Positions 40,992-54,200 of a stretch of DNA of 64,000 bases are shown one piece after another (within the stretch, counting starts at the first letter, position 1; every line of letters begins with the position of its first letter). The stretch comes from Ranitomeya imitator. Its lineage: Eukaryota. The position numbers were made by a program, and so were the translations under genes. The DNA is taken from positions 460,102,001 to 460,166,000 of the forward strand of contig NC_091287.1 in NCBI RefSeq assembly GCF_032444005.1, read 5' to 3'. The notes under the pieces are model-generated. The model had not been told where the DNA came from, made no database searches, and saw nothing but the letters and a program-made list of their open reading frames with translations.

Positions 40992-43900
40992 TCATGTTAG
41001 CCAATCAATTTCACGATTTAATCCCCTTGGGTGGAGGGTGTCCAGAGTGTAGATCCAATATGTCTCCCTCTGTTTTAAAAGTTGGATGTGATTGCCTCCC
41101 CTTCTCGGGCGTGGTACTCTCTTGACTATTTGGAACCTAAGCTGGGCAATATTATGTCTCGCCTCCTTGAAATGCGCTGCCAGGGGTAGCCATAATTTCT
41201 CGCGTCGGATCGTAGATTTGTGGCTGGATATGCGATCCCTTATTGCCTGCGTGGTCTCCCCCACGTACAATAACCCACAAGGGCACTTAATAATGTAGAC
41301 TACAAAGCTTGTAGCACAGGTGTAAAACTCTCTAATGGGATATGATTTCCCGGTTCGTGGGTGGACTACTTCATTCCCTTTGATAATGTTCGAGCAACAC
41401 ATGCAACTCAAGCAGGGAAAGGTGCCCGTTCTTTTTTGGTCAGTGAGGGTCCTAGTGAGCGATGATTTATGTGACCCTAAGTCGGCTCTTACCACCCTAT
41501 CTCGTATATTTTTGGCTCGTCTAGTGCACATTAGTGGGGGATCTTTGAAGATAGGTATGTTGGGATAGGCCTTGTTGAGGAGGGGCCAATGTCCCCGGAT
41601 GAGATTATGTATTTTGTGCATAGTGGGGTGGTGATTATGTACAAAAGGGAGCCTCGGGTTTTTTTGTGTACTGACTGTCCCGTCGTTAAGATCACTAATA
41701 GCTCGAGAGGATTCTATCTCAAGGAGATTAGTTGGATAGTTGCGGGCTTCAAATTTTTGTGCCATCTCCTGTATTCTGGTCTCCCTGGTTGGGGGGTCGG
41801 AGACAATTCTAGTAACCCTTTTAAATTGTGATCTGGGAAGGCTGTTTTTGATGGATTTGGGATGACAGCTGTTGTATAACAACAGGCTGTTGCAATCAGT
41901 CAGTTTCGTATAGATATCTGTGGTGAGATGGCCATTGATATCTTTGAGTACTCTAGTGTCCAGAAATGTGACCTCATTGTCGTGGTGTACCAGTGTAAAG
42001 GACAGCTCTGATCTAACTGCGTTAATGTTAGCGTGAAACTTTAGAAGGCTAGTTAGGTCCCCTTGCCATATACAAAAGATATCTATACCAGGTACGTGCG
42101 TGAAGTTGGAAGATAGGGTCTGCGTACACGTGTTCTTTCTCGAAGCGATCCATATGTAGATTGGCATAGGCTGGGGCCACATTTGACCCCATGGCGGTAC
42201 CACATGTCTGTACGAAAAAATCATCTCCGAATAGGAAGTAATTTTCTCTGAGTACTAGATTTAATAGATCCAAGCATAGTTCCTGGATGCCCCTGTCTAT
42301 GTTGGCCTCATTTAGTGTTAAGGATACCGCCTCAATACCCTTATCATGAGTAATTGATGTGTACAAGCTGTTTACATCGAATGTACATAGGATACTGTTA
42401 TGTGGAATGATGTCAATATTACGGATTTTCTTAAGGAAATCTCCGGTGTCCAATATGAATGATTTAGTAAGTTTGGTATGTGGCGTGAGGAGTTTCTCTA
42501 GGAACATGGATAATGGGTTCAATATTGAGATCGGTTGAGGCCACTATAGGGCGGCCAGGGGGGTTTTGAAGGTTTTTATGGATCTTAGGTAGAATGTAAA
42601 TTACAGGGGTCACCGGGTGATTATTGGTGAGGCATGTTTTTGTTTTGTTGTCGATGGTATTCAATTGTAGGTGTTTATCGAGTACCCTCCTAATCTTTTG
42701 TTGTATAGAGTAAGTTGGGTCGGTCTGTAACATTTTATATGTTGACGTGTCCGAGAGTTGTCTCCTTACTTCGGTCATATAGAAACTCCTATCCATGACA
42801 ACGATCGCTCCCCCCTTGTCCGCTGGTTTTATGACGATATTTTTGTTCTCACTAAGTGAGTCCAGAGCCTGTTTCTCGAGAGGGTCAAGGTTATGGCGGA
42901 CAGGGAGGAAGCCTAATCGCTGGTCATGGAGAGTCCTTTTAACGTCCCTGTCAAGTAAATTGACAAAGGTCTCTACAGCGTGACTTGATTTAGGTGGAAT
43001 GAAGGTGCTGCGATTACGTAGACCTAATTGATCAATTGTGAGGATTGATCTCTCAGTTTGGGCTGGTGTAGAAACTGGTCTAAAGGAATTAGTGGACTCC
43101 TCAAAATATACTTTGAGTCTAATATTCCTGCAGAATTGCTGTAGATCCCTCTCTAATTGGAAGGAATCCCATTTGGGGGTTGGGCAGAATGATAGACCCA
43201 TATTCAGAACTTTCAATTCTAAAGGAGAAAGAGTGTAGTTAGAAATATTGATTACAGAGTTTGGACCCCTACCTGAGATCTGAGTGTCATGTGACGATCC
43301 ACGTCCTTTCTTCCTGGACCTGCGGGTTGGCGTGCGTTTTGGCCTAAAAAACGAAGTCCCGATGTGTGAGCCCCACCAGTCTCGCTGCCGGATCCTGCAG
43401 AGGAGCCCCCGGCAGGTGAGGAGCCCCCTGAGTGGTAATTCCCGCCTGGGGTGCGGCGATATCTGGGCCTTGGACGTTTGGGGAAGGAGTCCTCCCATTT
43501 GTACACGTTGTTGGTTAGGTAATCTTCAATGTCTCTTTGAAATTTTGTGCGTTTTCTCTCTTCCAAAGTCTTTTGATGTATGGTTAGAATAGAGTCCACT
43601 TTACCTTTCAATGTAGTGAATTCGGTGCTGCTCAAGGTGGAGGTTAACTGTGTCTCGATGCTCTCTATTTTTTCTTCAGTAGTTTTAATGGCCTCTTGGA
43701 GGTACTCGATAGTAAGCAGTATGATATCGAATGAGCATTTGTTTAAGATTTTTTGAAAAGTTGCGCAATACTTTTCATTCTCTGAAAATAAGGTTGGGCG
43801 AAGATTGCAGTGTAGTCCCCTGGGTATTTTTCCTTGACGATGATACTCTCCCAAGGTGGCACAATGCAGATCGTAGCCGATGAGTCTCTTTCTCTCTTTT

Positions 43901-44019
43901 TCCCAATCCCTCGATTTGGCGTCGTTGCTGGGTAAATGTAAAAAGTCTGTCTTTGTTTTTATTTTGCACAGGATAGTAGAGCCCGTTGCATCATCGTAGA
44001 CATAGGTTTCAGTAGACAT
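40992..44019 (-). pseudogene. Penelope/Neptune polyprotein (N-terminal domain, RT, CxxCxxC linker, GIY-YIG endonuclease), split by about 3 frameshifts
   Basis: KIPRGL...ILNKCSFD; IKPADKGGAIVV; YILPKIHK..NPPGRPIV; TFDVNSLYTSI; GTAMGSNVAPAYANL; WYRY..IDIFCIW; GTFPCLSCMCC; YIIKCPCGLLYVGET...RISSH; spread over ORFs 43252-44310, 42464-43498, 42049-42522 and 40992-42224. Confidence 0.92.
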
Positions 44020-44056
44020 GGATTCCGTCGGTGCATAGAACCAAAAATAGTCAATG

Positions 44057-45242
44057 CGGAGTATTCGAAGGCTAGCACTCGACTGATATGAATGTGACGG
44101 TGCTAGTGAACGGAACCAGTAGTCCCGATGAACGTATCGATATATAATCACTGCACTCATACTCCGAAGTTTGCTTTGATGCAGGTGAAAAAGTTTATTG
44201 AAACAATTGTGGCAAAAAGGTAAAATGGTGTAGCGATAGGCATAAACGACGTTTCGGCCAGCTCGTGGCTTGATCACGCTATTGCTGGAACAAATAATAG
44301 AAAAAGACAATAAATAACTATATACAATGCAATAAATGACTATCTACAAGATTATTTACATATATACAGATCTGGAAAACATGTCAAAACCAATGTAAAA
44401 GTCAACCCAAGTTGCCAATGCTTGTACACAGGGCGCATATAATATCAGGACGATAAATAGAGGCATAGGGAGGCAAGGAGATACATATATCGTGCGTAAG
44501 AGTAAGATAATAGGATAGTAGCATACCCCGGTGGGAGATTCCTTATGTATGGCTGTACTGCAGTGTTGCTGAGGGTGTCAGCCAAAAATAAAGGGGCCTG
44601 GAGAGAATGATGGAGAGCCAAATGAAAAAAGGATTACTATCAACTGACCATGGTACTGTCTTATAGTAAGGAGCACGAAGAAATATGCTACAACGTACTT
44701 CTAATTTGCCAATAATACCCGTATGATGAACCGTTGGTCGTCGTGTAGTGGAATACACATGTGGAAATAGCTGTAGGGACATACGGTAATACGTTATCTG
44801 TTGAGTCCTTAATAGGTAAATAGTGAGTGAGACAGATTACAGTATACTTGCCAGTATATTGTTCTTACTACAGCCAGCGTAGCAGGCCAGTCGTCGTGAT
44901 ACGAGACGTACGTGCAGATATGGCTAGAGAAATACATAGATATGGGAGTAAATTTGTCTGTTTAGTCCATATCAGGTGGAGTACCGCGGAGCCATGCTAT
45001 ACTTGCCAGTATGATAAACCTGTAATACACTGGATGTCCCCAATATGTGGAAAGGGTACATAGAAGTAACTGCGGAAATAGATATTGAGGGTAAGTGGGT
45101 TATAGGGGCGGCTCGTGGTATGAGATTATATAGTAGGTGTACAACCTGCCGGTATGTATGTCCAGTCCCGGTCCAACAATACGGGTCCCCAGATTCAATT
45201 TGAATGGGAGATGTGGTGCTTACCAATTCAGCTGTAATATAG
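44057..45242 (-). repeat. 5' pLTR copy (5'-truncated)
   Basis: Direct repeat of 27610-28797; ends abruptly at the minisatellite. Confidence 0.95.
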
Positions 45243-45427
45243 CAGGATGGAGCAGCACATGACAGAATGGGGGCGCAGGATGGAGCAGCACATTACAGGA
45301 TGGGGACGCAGGATGGAGCAGCACATGACAGGATGGGGACGCAGGATGGAGCAGCACATGACAGGATGGAGACCATATACCAATATAAATGCTCGCCACC
45401 CGGGAGTAGAACGGGTTCAATAGCTAG
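45242..45427 (+). mobile_element. Probable Helitron 3' end (minisatellite, short hairpin, CTAG) inserted in a (TA)n tract
   Basis: ACCCG-GGAGTAGAA-CGGGT hairpin (45398-45416), then 7 nt, then CTAG|T (45424-45428), then (TA)n to ~45486; 5' TC end not located. Confidence 0.55.
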
Positions 45428-45488
<61 letters not shown>

Positions 45489-46102
45489 GAAACTATAACT
45501 TCAAAATTCTGTTATGTGTTAATAAAGTTCCCTTTTCTAATATTATACTGTAGCCGAACATCAGAGATGTTTAGGTAGTGTACCTAAAGAGAAGATTCAT
45601 TTGTCTTTCAAATATGCGGGATATGTTGGTGGTTATGACCTCATTTTTCTACAACTCTAATGTGCTGTGAATGTGACGTCATCAATGGCAGTAGAAACAA
45701 ACAGACAACCGAAGGGTCACATTGTTAGAATATCTTTGAATCCTATACTCTTTGTGTTTGCTGAACAGCTCTGCTTATGTACATTTCTGCTTCATTGCCC
45801 ATCTGTTATGCAGCTACCGTTCACCATTTCCAGTAAGCACATAACAAGTCTTACAGCCATGAGTCATTTGTATTCACTATGAAGAGTCTTCTCAGCTTAT
45901 TTTATTAAGGAGTAAGAACCTATGTCATGCATATTTGGAGAAACATCTGAGATAGACGGACAAATGCATCACTGTGGATTGTTAATGTGTTAAACTTCAG
46001 GAAAACAAAGCAGTATTATAAGATAATGCTCAGATTTTAGATGATGGATGAAGAAAATCAATTTCAAATCTCTATCTCTCTCTCTACTATAAAAACTATT
46101 AA

Positions 46103-46410
46103 AGGGAACCTGTCACCCCCAAAATCGCGGATGAGGTAAGCTCACCGACATCAGGGGCTTATCTACAGAATTCTGTAATGCTGTAGATAAGCCCTCCGAT
46201 GTATCCTAAAAGATGAGAAAAAGACGTTAGATTATACTCACCCAGGGGCGGTCCCGCTGCAGTCTGGGTCCAGCGCCTCCCATCTTCATCAGATGACGTC
46301 CTCTTCTAGTCTTCACACTGCGGCTCCAGCACAGGCGCACTTTGTCTGCCCTGTTGAGGGCAGAGCAAAGTACTGCAGTGCGCAGGTGCTGGGTCTCTCT
46401 GACCTTTCCC
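46103..46410 (+). mobile_element. Kolobok/T2-type MITE left portion
   Basis: TTAA|AGGGAACCTGTCACC terminus; GC-rich interior. Confidence 0.6.
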
Positions 46411-46762
46411 AGGAGGCTTCTTAGCATTATAAATGCACACCGATAAAACTTGTATGCGCACAGTGTAAGTTGGGAGCAGGTGTATGGGGTGGGTTCATAG
46501 GCTGAGCCCATCCCATAACTGTCAGACAATTGCTGTGAGTCTGTGACACACAGCCAGGATTAGCCTCTATTAACTGTGATATGAGGAGGAGCTTTACCCA
46601 TTACACTTGCTTCACCCATATAAAAAGGCTTTAATTCCAATAAAGATAATATCAGGAACAATTCACACAGCAGTACTCCACGAGGCATAGAGGGAAACCA
46701 CAAAAATATAAGGCAACCTCTTTCTAACCTTTGTGGTCCTCAGTCACTGACAGTGATTGTAA

Positions 46763-47411
46763 AGGTACCTTCACACTGAGCGACTTTGGAACGATAACGA
46801 TAGCGATCCGTGACGTTGCAGCGTCCTGGATAGCGATATCGTTGTGTTTGACACGCAGCAGCGATCAGGATCCTGCTGTGACATCGCTGGTCGGAGCTAG
46901 AAGGCCAGCACCTTATTTCGTCGCTGGATTACCCGCTGACATCGCTGAATTGGCGTGTGTGACGCCGATCCAGCGATGTCTTCACTGGTAACCAGGGTAA
47001 ACATCGGGTTACTAAGCGCAGGACACTCCTCCTGCATCCTGTGTCAGTGCCGGCCGGCCGTAAAGCAGAGCACAGCAGTGACGTCACCGCTCTGCTTTAC
47101 GTCCGGCGCTTACACAGGATGCAGGAGGAGTGCAGGGAAGAGGACGCCGGGGGACGTGACAGACACCGGAATGTAAGTATGTAGTGTTTTTTTTTTTTAC
47201 ATTTAAAATGGTAACCAGGGTAAACATCAGGTTACTAAGCGCGGCCCTGCGCTTAGTAACCCGATGTTTACCCTGGTTAACCGGGGACTTCGGCATCGTT
47301 GGTCGCTGGAGAGCTGTCTGTGTGACAGGTCTCCAGCGACCACACAGCGACGCTGCAACGATCGGCATCGTTGTCTATATCGCTGCAGCGTCGCTTAATG
47401 TGACGGTACCT
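46763..47411. mobile_element. Kolobok/T2-type MITE (AGGTACC...GGTACCT family)
   Basis: Termini AGGTACCTTCACAC / GTGACGGTACCT; internal palindromes GGTAACCAGGGTAAACATCGGGTTACTAAGCGC; sibling at 53483-54200. Confidence 0.75.
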
Positions 47412-47414
47412 TAA

Positions 47415-50400
47415 CCCCTTTACCCCCAAGGGTGGTTTGCACGTTAATGACCGGGCCAATTTTTACAATTCTGACCACTGTCCCTTTATGAGGTTATAAC
47501 TCTGGAAAGCTTCAACGGATCACAGTGATTCTGACATTGGTTTCTCATGACATATAGTACTTCATGATAATGGTAAAAATTCTTTGATAGTACCTGCGTT
47601 TATTTGTGAAAAAAATGGAAATTTGGCGAAAATTATGAAAATTTCTCAATTTTCCAACTTACTTTATGCAATTAAATCACAGAGATATGTCACACAAAAT
47701 ACTTAATAAGTAATATTTCCCACATGTCTACTTTACATCAGCACAATTTTGGAACCAAAATTTTTTTTTGTTAGAGAGTTATAAGGGTTAAAAGTTGACC
47801 AGCAATTTCTCATTTTTACAACACCATTTTTTTTAGGGACCACATCTCATTTGAAGTCATTTTGAGGGGTCTATATGATAGAAAATACCCAAGTGTGACA
47901 CTATTCTAAAAACTGCACCCCTCATGGTGCTCAAAACCATATTCAAGAAGTTTATTAACCCTTCTGGTGCTTCACAGGAATTTTTGGAATGTTTAAATAA
48001 AAATGAACATTTAACTTTTTTTCACACAAAATTTACTTCAGCTCCAATTTGTTTTATTTTACCAAGGGTAACAGGAGAAAATGGACCACAAAAGTTGTTG
48101 TACAATTTGTCCTGAGTACATCGATACCCCATATGTGGGGGTAAACCACTGTTTGGGCGCATGACAGAGCTCGGAAGCGAAGGAGCGCCATTTGACTTTT
48201 CAATGCAAAATTGACTGGAATCGAGATGGGACACCATGTTGCGTTTGGAGAGCCCCTGATGTGCCTAAACATTGAAACCCCCCACAAGTGACACCATTTT
48301 GGAAAGTAGACCCGCTAAGGAACTTATCTAGAGGTGTGTTGAGCACTTTGACCTACCAAGTGCTTCACAAAAGTTTATAATGCAGAACCGTAAAAATAAA
48401 AAATAATTTTTGTGAAAAAATATAATTTTTTCGCTCCAAATTTTTTATTTTCCCAAGGGTAAGAGAAGAAATTGGGCACCAAAAGTTGTTGTACAATTTG
48501 TCCTGAGTACGCTGATACCCCATATGTGGGGGTAAACCATTGTTTGGGTGCATGGGAAAGCTCGGAAGGGAAGGAGCGCAGTTTGACTTTTCAATGCAAA
48601 ATTGACAGGAATTGAGATGGGACGCCATGTTGCGTTGGAGAGCCACTGATGTGCCTAAACATTGAAACCCCCCACAAATGACACCATTTTGGAAAGTAGA
48701 CCCCCTAAGGAACTCATCTAGATGTGTGGTGAGCGCTTTGACCCACCAAGGGCTTCACAGAAGTTTATAATGCAGAGCCAAGAAAATAAAAAAAAAAAAT
48801 TTTCCCACAAAAATTATTTTTTAGCCCCCAGTTTTGTATTTTCCCAAAGGTAACAGGAGAAATTGGACCCCAAAAGTTGTTGTCCTATTTGTCCTGAGTA
48901 CGCTGATACCCCATATGTTGGGGTAAACCCCTGTTTGGGCACACGGGAGAGCTCGGAAGGGAAGGAGCACTGTTTTACTTTTTCAACGCAGAATTGGCTG
49001 GAATTGAGATTGGACGCCATGTCGTGTTTGGAGAGCCCCTGATGTGCGTAAACAGTGGAAACCCCCCAATTATAACTGAAACCCTAATCCAAACACACCC
49101 CTAACCCTAATCCCAACGGTAACCCTAACCACACCTCTAATCCAGACACACCCCTAACCATAATCCCAACCCTATTCCCAACTGTAAATGTAATCTAAAC
49201 CCTAACCCTAACTTTAGCCCAACCCTAACTGTAGCCCCAAACCTAACCCTAGCCCTAACCCTAGCCCTAACCCTAGCCCTAACCCTAGCCCTAACCCTGG
49301 CCCTAACCCTAGCCCTAACCCTAACCTTAACCCTAGCCCAAACCCTAGCCCTAACCCTAGCCCTAACCCTAGCCCTAACCCTAGCCCTAGCCCTAACCCT
49401 AGACCTAATGGGAAAATGGAAATAAATACATTTTTTTAATTTTTCCCTAACTAAGGGGGTGATGAAGGGGGGTTTGATTTACTTTTATAGCGAGTTTTTT
49501 AGCGGATTTTTATGATTGGCAGCCGTCATACACTGAATGACGCTTTTTATTGCAAAAAATATTTTTTGCGTTACCACATTTTGAGAGCTATAATTTTTCC
49601 ATATTTTGTTCCACAGAGTCATGTGAGGTCTTGTTTTTTGCGATTTTTGTGAGGAAGAATGACCAAAAACCAGCTATTCATGATTTTCTTTTGGGGGAGG
49701 CGTTTATACCGTTCCGCGTTTGGTAAAATTGATAAAGCAGTTTTATTCTTCAGGTTAGTACGATTACAGCGTCACCTCATTTATATAATTTTTTTATGTT
49801 TTTGCGCTTTTATACAATAAAAACTATTTTACAGAAAAAATAATTATTTTTGCATCGCTTTATTCTGAGGACTATAACTTTTTTATTTTTTTGCTGATGA
49901 TGCTGTATGGCGGCTCGTTTTTTGCGTGACAATATGTTTTCAGCGGTACCATGGTTATTTATATCTGTCTTTTTGATCGTGTGTTATTCCACTTTTTGTT
50001 CGGCGGTATGATAATAAAGCGTTGTTTTTTGCCTCGTTTTTTTCTTCTTACGGTGTTTACTGAACGGGTTAACTAGTGGGCCAGTTTTATGGGTTGGGTC
50101 GTTACGGACGCGGCGATACTAAATATGTGAACTTTTATTGTTTTTTTTTATTATTTAGATGAAGAAATGTATTTATGGGAATAATATTTTTTTTTTCATT
50201 ATTTAGGAATATTTTTTTAATTTTTTTTTTACACATTTGGAAATTTTTTTTTTAACTTTTTTATTTTGTCCCAGGGGGGGACATCACAGATCAATGATCT
50301 GACAGTTTGCATAGCACTCTGTCAGATCACTGATCTGACTTACAGTGCTGCAGGCTTCACAGTGCCTGCTCTGAGCAGGCTCTGTGAAGCCACCTCCCTC

Positions 50401-50799
50401 CCTGCAGGACACGGATCCGCGGCCATCTTGGATCCGGGGATGGAGCAGGCAGGGAGGGAGGTAAGACCCTCGCAGCAACGCGATCACATCGCGTTGCTGC
50501 GGGGGGCTCAGGGAAGCCCACAGGGAGCCCCCTCCCTGCGCGATGCTTCCCTGTACCGCCGGCACATCGCGATCATCTTTGATCGTGTCGTGCCGGGGGG
50601 TTAATGTGCCGGGGGCGGTCCGTGGCCGCTCCTGGCACATAGTGCTGGATGTCAGCTGCGATAAGCAGCTGACACCCGGCCGCGATCAGCGGCGCTCCCC
50701 CCGTGAGCGCTGCCGATCGCATATGACGTAGTATCCCGTCGGTGGTCATAGGGGCCCACCCCACCTCGACGGGATAGTACGTCTAATGTCAGAAAGGGG
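47415..50799 (+). mobile_element. piggyBac-like non-autonomous DNA transposon, copy 2 (~391-bp repeats, telomere-like tract)
   Basis: TTAA at 47411-47414 and 50800-50803; termini CCCCTTT / AAAGGGG; repeat anchors at ~48127, 48518 and 48909; 5' part homologous to copy 1. Confidence 0.8.
49080..49408 (+). repeat. Interstitial telomere-like (CCCTAA/CCCTAG)n tract
   Basis: Degenerate start, then regular CCCTAACCCTAG repeats at ~49240-49405. Confidence 0.95.
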
Positions 50800-50987
50800 T
50801 TAAGGATATACAAAGATAAGAAATACAGTAAAAAGTTAAATAAAAATGTTTAAAGAAATAAAAATCAAACTTTCGATTACCGACCCCAGTTCTCCTATAA
50901 AAAATAATTGCATTAAAATAAAAATATTACACTTATATGGTGTCATTGCATCCATAAAAATATCAAATATCAAATTAATTGATTTAA

Positions 50988-51358
50988 GGGTATGTTCCCA
51001 CAGTCAGGAACCGGCAGCGGTTTGGATGCAGCACATGTCTGCTCCATCCAAAGAGCTGCCGGCTTTTGAACGCAGGTGATTCCGCATGTGTTCTTTGAAC
51101 ACATATGGAATCATTGCATCCTATACATTGGACTGTGATATTTATCTTGCGGAGAATGAGCACCACCACAAGATAAATAGACATGCTGCGGTCTGTCCGT
51201 CTCCACAGGAAAGCCGCAGGTGCCAGTGCATGCATAGTGGAGATGGGAGTTCTTCAAATCCCATACACTATGCTGTAACATCTGGCCGCTGCAGGACGGA
51301 CAGTGTGGATGTACGCAGTGTTCAACCCGCAGCGTTTCCTGACCGTGGGAACATACCC
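50988..51358. mobile_element. PIF/Harbinger-type MITE
   Basis: TAA TSD (50985-50987, 51359-51361); 23-bp TIR GGGTATGTTCCCAC(A/G)GTCAGGAA. Confidence 0.85.
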
Positions 51359-51799
51359 TAACTGGTAAATAGAGTATACAGAAAAAAAATTAAAAACAAC
51401 AAAATTGTGGTTTTTGGTTGCTGTAATACTGCAAAAAAAAATACAGTATATACTAAGAAGCAATCAAACTATTGTATTTATCTCAAAATGGTATCAAGAT
51501 GAATGTCTGTTTGCTCGCAAAAACAACCATAAGTTCCACATTTTTTCACCATTGCAATCATAAAAAACTGTGCAAGTTTGGTATATTGTATTGACCTGGA
51601 GAAGCATATTGCTAGGTTAATTTCACTGCATAATGAACGCCATACAAATAAAACCCAAAAAGACAATGTTAGCATTTTTTTGCAAACTTACCAGACTTGG
51701 AATAGTTTTTCCCGCTTTCCAGTACATTGTGTGATGAAAAGGATGATATAGATCAAAAGTACAACTCATCACACAAAAAAACAACCCTTTGTACATTTA

Positions 51800-52620
51800 C
51801 ATGCAGACTACTGTGGGGGAATCATAAAAGGATGGAGACTATGGTGAGTCATTAAACAGCATGAAGCCCACCATACAGTCTTGGGGCCTTCATAATGTGA
51901 GGCCTACTTTGTGGGCCATCAAACAGTTTGTGGATGATTGATGTGGGGACTATTATGGGAACCCTTAAACAGTGCGAGAACTACTGAAGGACTCATACAG
52001 TGTGAGAACTACTGTGAAGACCATCAAACTGGGTAGGGACTACGTTGTGGCTCACAGCATAATGTAGAGGCTACTGTGGGGGTAAAAATACAGTGTCGTG
52101 ACTACTGTGGGGGCCATCATACAGTATGCGGACTGCTGTGAGGGCCTTCATAAAGTATGGAGGCCTTCATATAGTGTGGGGGCTACACTGAGGCCAACAA
52201 ACACTGTAGGAACTACTGATGGGGTCCAACATACAATGTAGGGATTACTGAGTGGGCATCATATAGTATGGAGCCATTTTATTGTGTATAGGAAGCTGTG
52301 GAAACATCATACTGTGTACAGGGAGATCATGTCCCATCATACTGTCTATTGGGGAGCTGAGGGGCATCCCACTTGTTTGGCGGAGCTGTGGAGGCAGTAT
52401 ATCATACATAGTGGAGCTGTGGGCTCATCATACTGTAGATATGGGAACTGTGGGCCCATTATACTATGCAGAGGGGAGCTGTAGGCCCATCATGCTGTGT
52501 ATAGGGAGCTGTGGGGACATCACATTTTGCATAGGGACATGTGGAGGCATCATGCTGCACATAGGGGACCTATGTGCTCATCATACTGTGTATAGTGAGC
52601 TCTGAGAACATGATGGGGGG
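51800..52620 (+). repeat. Degenerate low-complexity repeats (CATCATAC(A/T)GTG(T/G)GG-like)
   Basis: Recurrent CTACTGTG / CATCATAC motifs; no clean periodicity. Confidence 0.5.
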
Positions 52621-53482
52621 CCCACAGGACATTGCTACTATACATGGGGGTGCTCAATGGACATTATTGATTGTTAAATGTGCACTTATTGTTGTAGGGG
52701 CACTCAGGGTTTGTTACTGTCAAGGGTGCACAAAGAGAGTATCATTACTTTCTAGGGGGCATAGCGTAGGCACTATTTTCTAGGGCAATTGCACAAGTCC
52801 ATAATATTTTCTAGTGGGTAATTTTACTATCTAGAGTACATAAAGAAGGCATTTCACTTTGTATGGGACACATCATGGGCATTATTTTGTGGGGCATTAA
52901 GGGAAGCACTGTTTTGTGCCACACAGCACAATGGATGGTCAGAATGTGGTCCAAGGTCAGGCAGCAAAAAGATCCACAAGCAGAACACAAGGCACATAGA
53001 GACAAAACACAGAGAGCTGAATGTACGTCTGGTAGACATCTGGAATTGACAGCACAGCTAAGTTGCTGTCAAATCACCTGGGATAGAGAACATCCAAAGG
53101 CAACCCATAGCCTCCCAGTTTCAGATTGGCCAGTCAAGCTGTCAGTCAAAACATCAACAGCTGCACCAAAAGAAGATTCGTATAGATGTGCTCACCCCCT
53201 CGCTTCATCGCTTTGCGTCTAGGTCTGTCTGTATCCTGCAGTATATTAGTATTGTGGCCAGGTAAATGTTTGTATTGCCTTTTCCTTTTTGTGATGTATT
53301 TGCATATAATGTCCATTTGAGTGAATTGGACCTTGCATTGCACCAACAATTTAAATGCAGAACTTTGGAAATCTCATTGGGCATAAGAACAGACTTTTCC
53401 AATGCTGTGCAGCTTGAGATCTATCCATAATCCCCACACGAATCCTAATAGTTGTAATTTCAATCAGATATCCAACAATTAA

Positions 53483-54200
53483 AGGTACCGTCACACTTTA
53501 GCGACGCTGCAGCGATACCGACAACGATCCGGATCGCTGCAGCGTCGCTGTTTGGTCGCTGGAGAGCTGTCACACAGACAGCTCTCCAGCGACCAACGAT
53601 CCCGAGGTCCCCGGTAACCAGGGTAAACATCGGGTTACTAAGCGCAGGGCCGCGCTTAGTAACCCGATGTTTACCCTGGTTACCATCGTTAAAGTAATAA
53701 AAACAAACGCTACATACTTACCTACCGCTGTCTGTCCCCGGCGCTGGGCTTCTCTGCTCTGGCTGTGAGCACAGCGGCCGGAAAGCAGAGCGGTGACGTC
53801 ACCGCTCTGCTTTCCGGCTGCCCGCCGCTCACAGCCAGACCAGAGAAGCAGAGCGCCGGGGACAGACAGCGGTAGGTAAGTATGTAGCGTTTGTTTTTTT
53901 TACTTTAACGATGGTAACCAGGGTAAACATCGGGTTACTAAGCGCGGCCCTGCGCTTAGTAACCCGATGTTTACCCTGGTTACCAGCGAAGACATCGCTG
54001 AATCGGCGTCACACACGCCGATTCAGCGATGTCAGCGGGACCTCAACGATCAAAAAATGGCCCAGGCCATCTCACAGCAGGGGCCTGATCGCTGCTACGT
54101 GTCACACATAGCGAGATCGCTACTGAGATCGCTGTTGCGTCACAAAACTTGTGACTCAGCAGCGATCTCGCTAGCGATCTCGCTATGTGTGACGGGGCCT
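53483..54200. mobile_element. Kolobok/T2-type MITE with long internal palindrome
   Basis: TTAA|AGGTACCGTCACAC ... GTGTGACGGGGCCT|TTAC; ~350-bp palindrome centred on TGACGTCA (53794-53801). Confidence 0.85.

Larger units (their letters stand above)
27606..45241 (-). mobile_element. Near-full-length Neptune-type Penelope-like retroelement (~6.5 kb without the nested hAT)
   Basis: Direct pLTR copies 27610-28797 and 44057-45242; RT + GIY-YIG coding region 40992-44019; GCAGGATGGAGCAG on both sides (27592-27605, 45242-45255); the 3' UTR resumes across the hAT TSD. Confidence 0.9.

Noticed and set aside
27610-45242. Assembly-induced duplication of 27610-28797 at 44057-45242
   Set aside because: The copies differ at several positions and bracket a PLE ORF exactly as pLTRs should.
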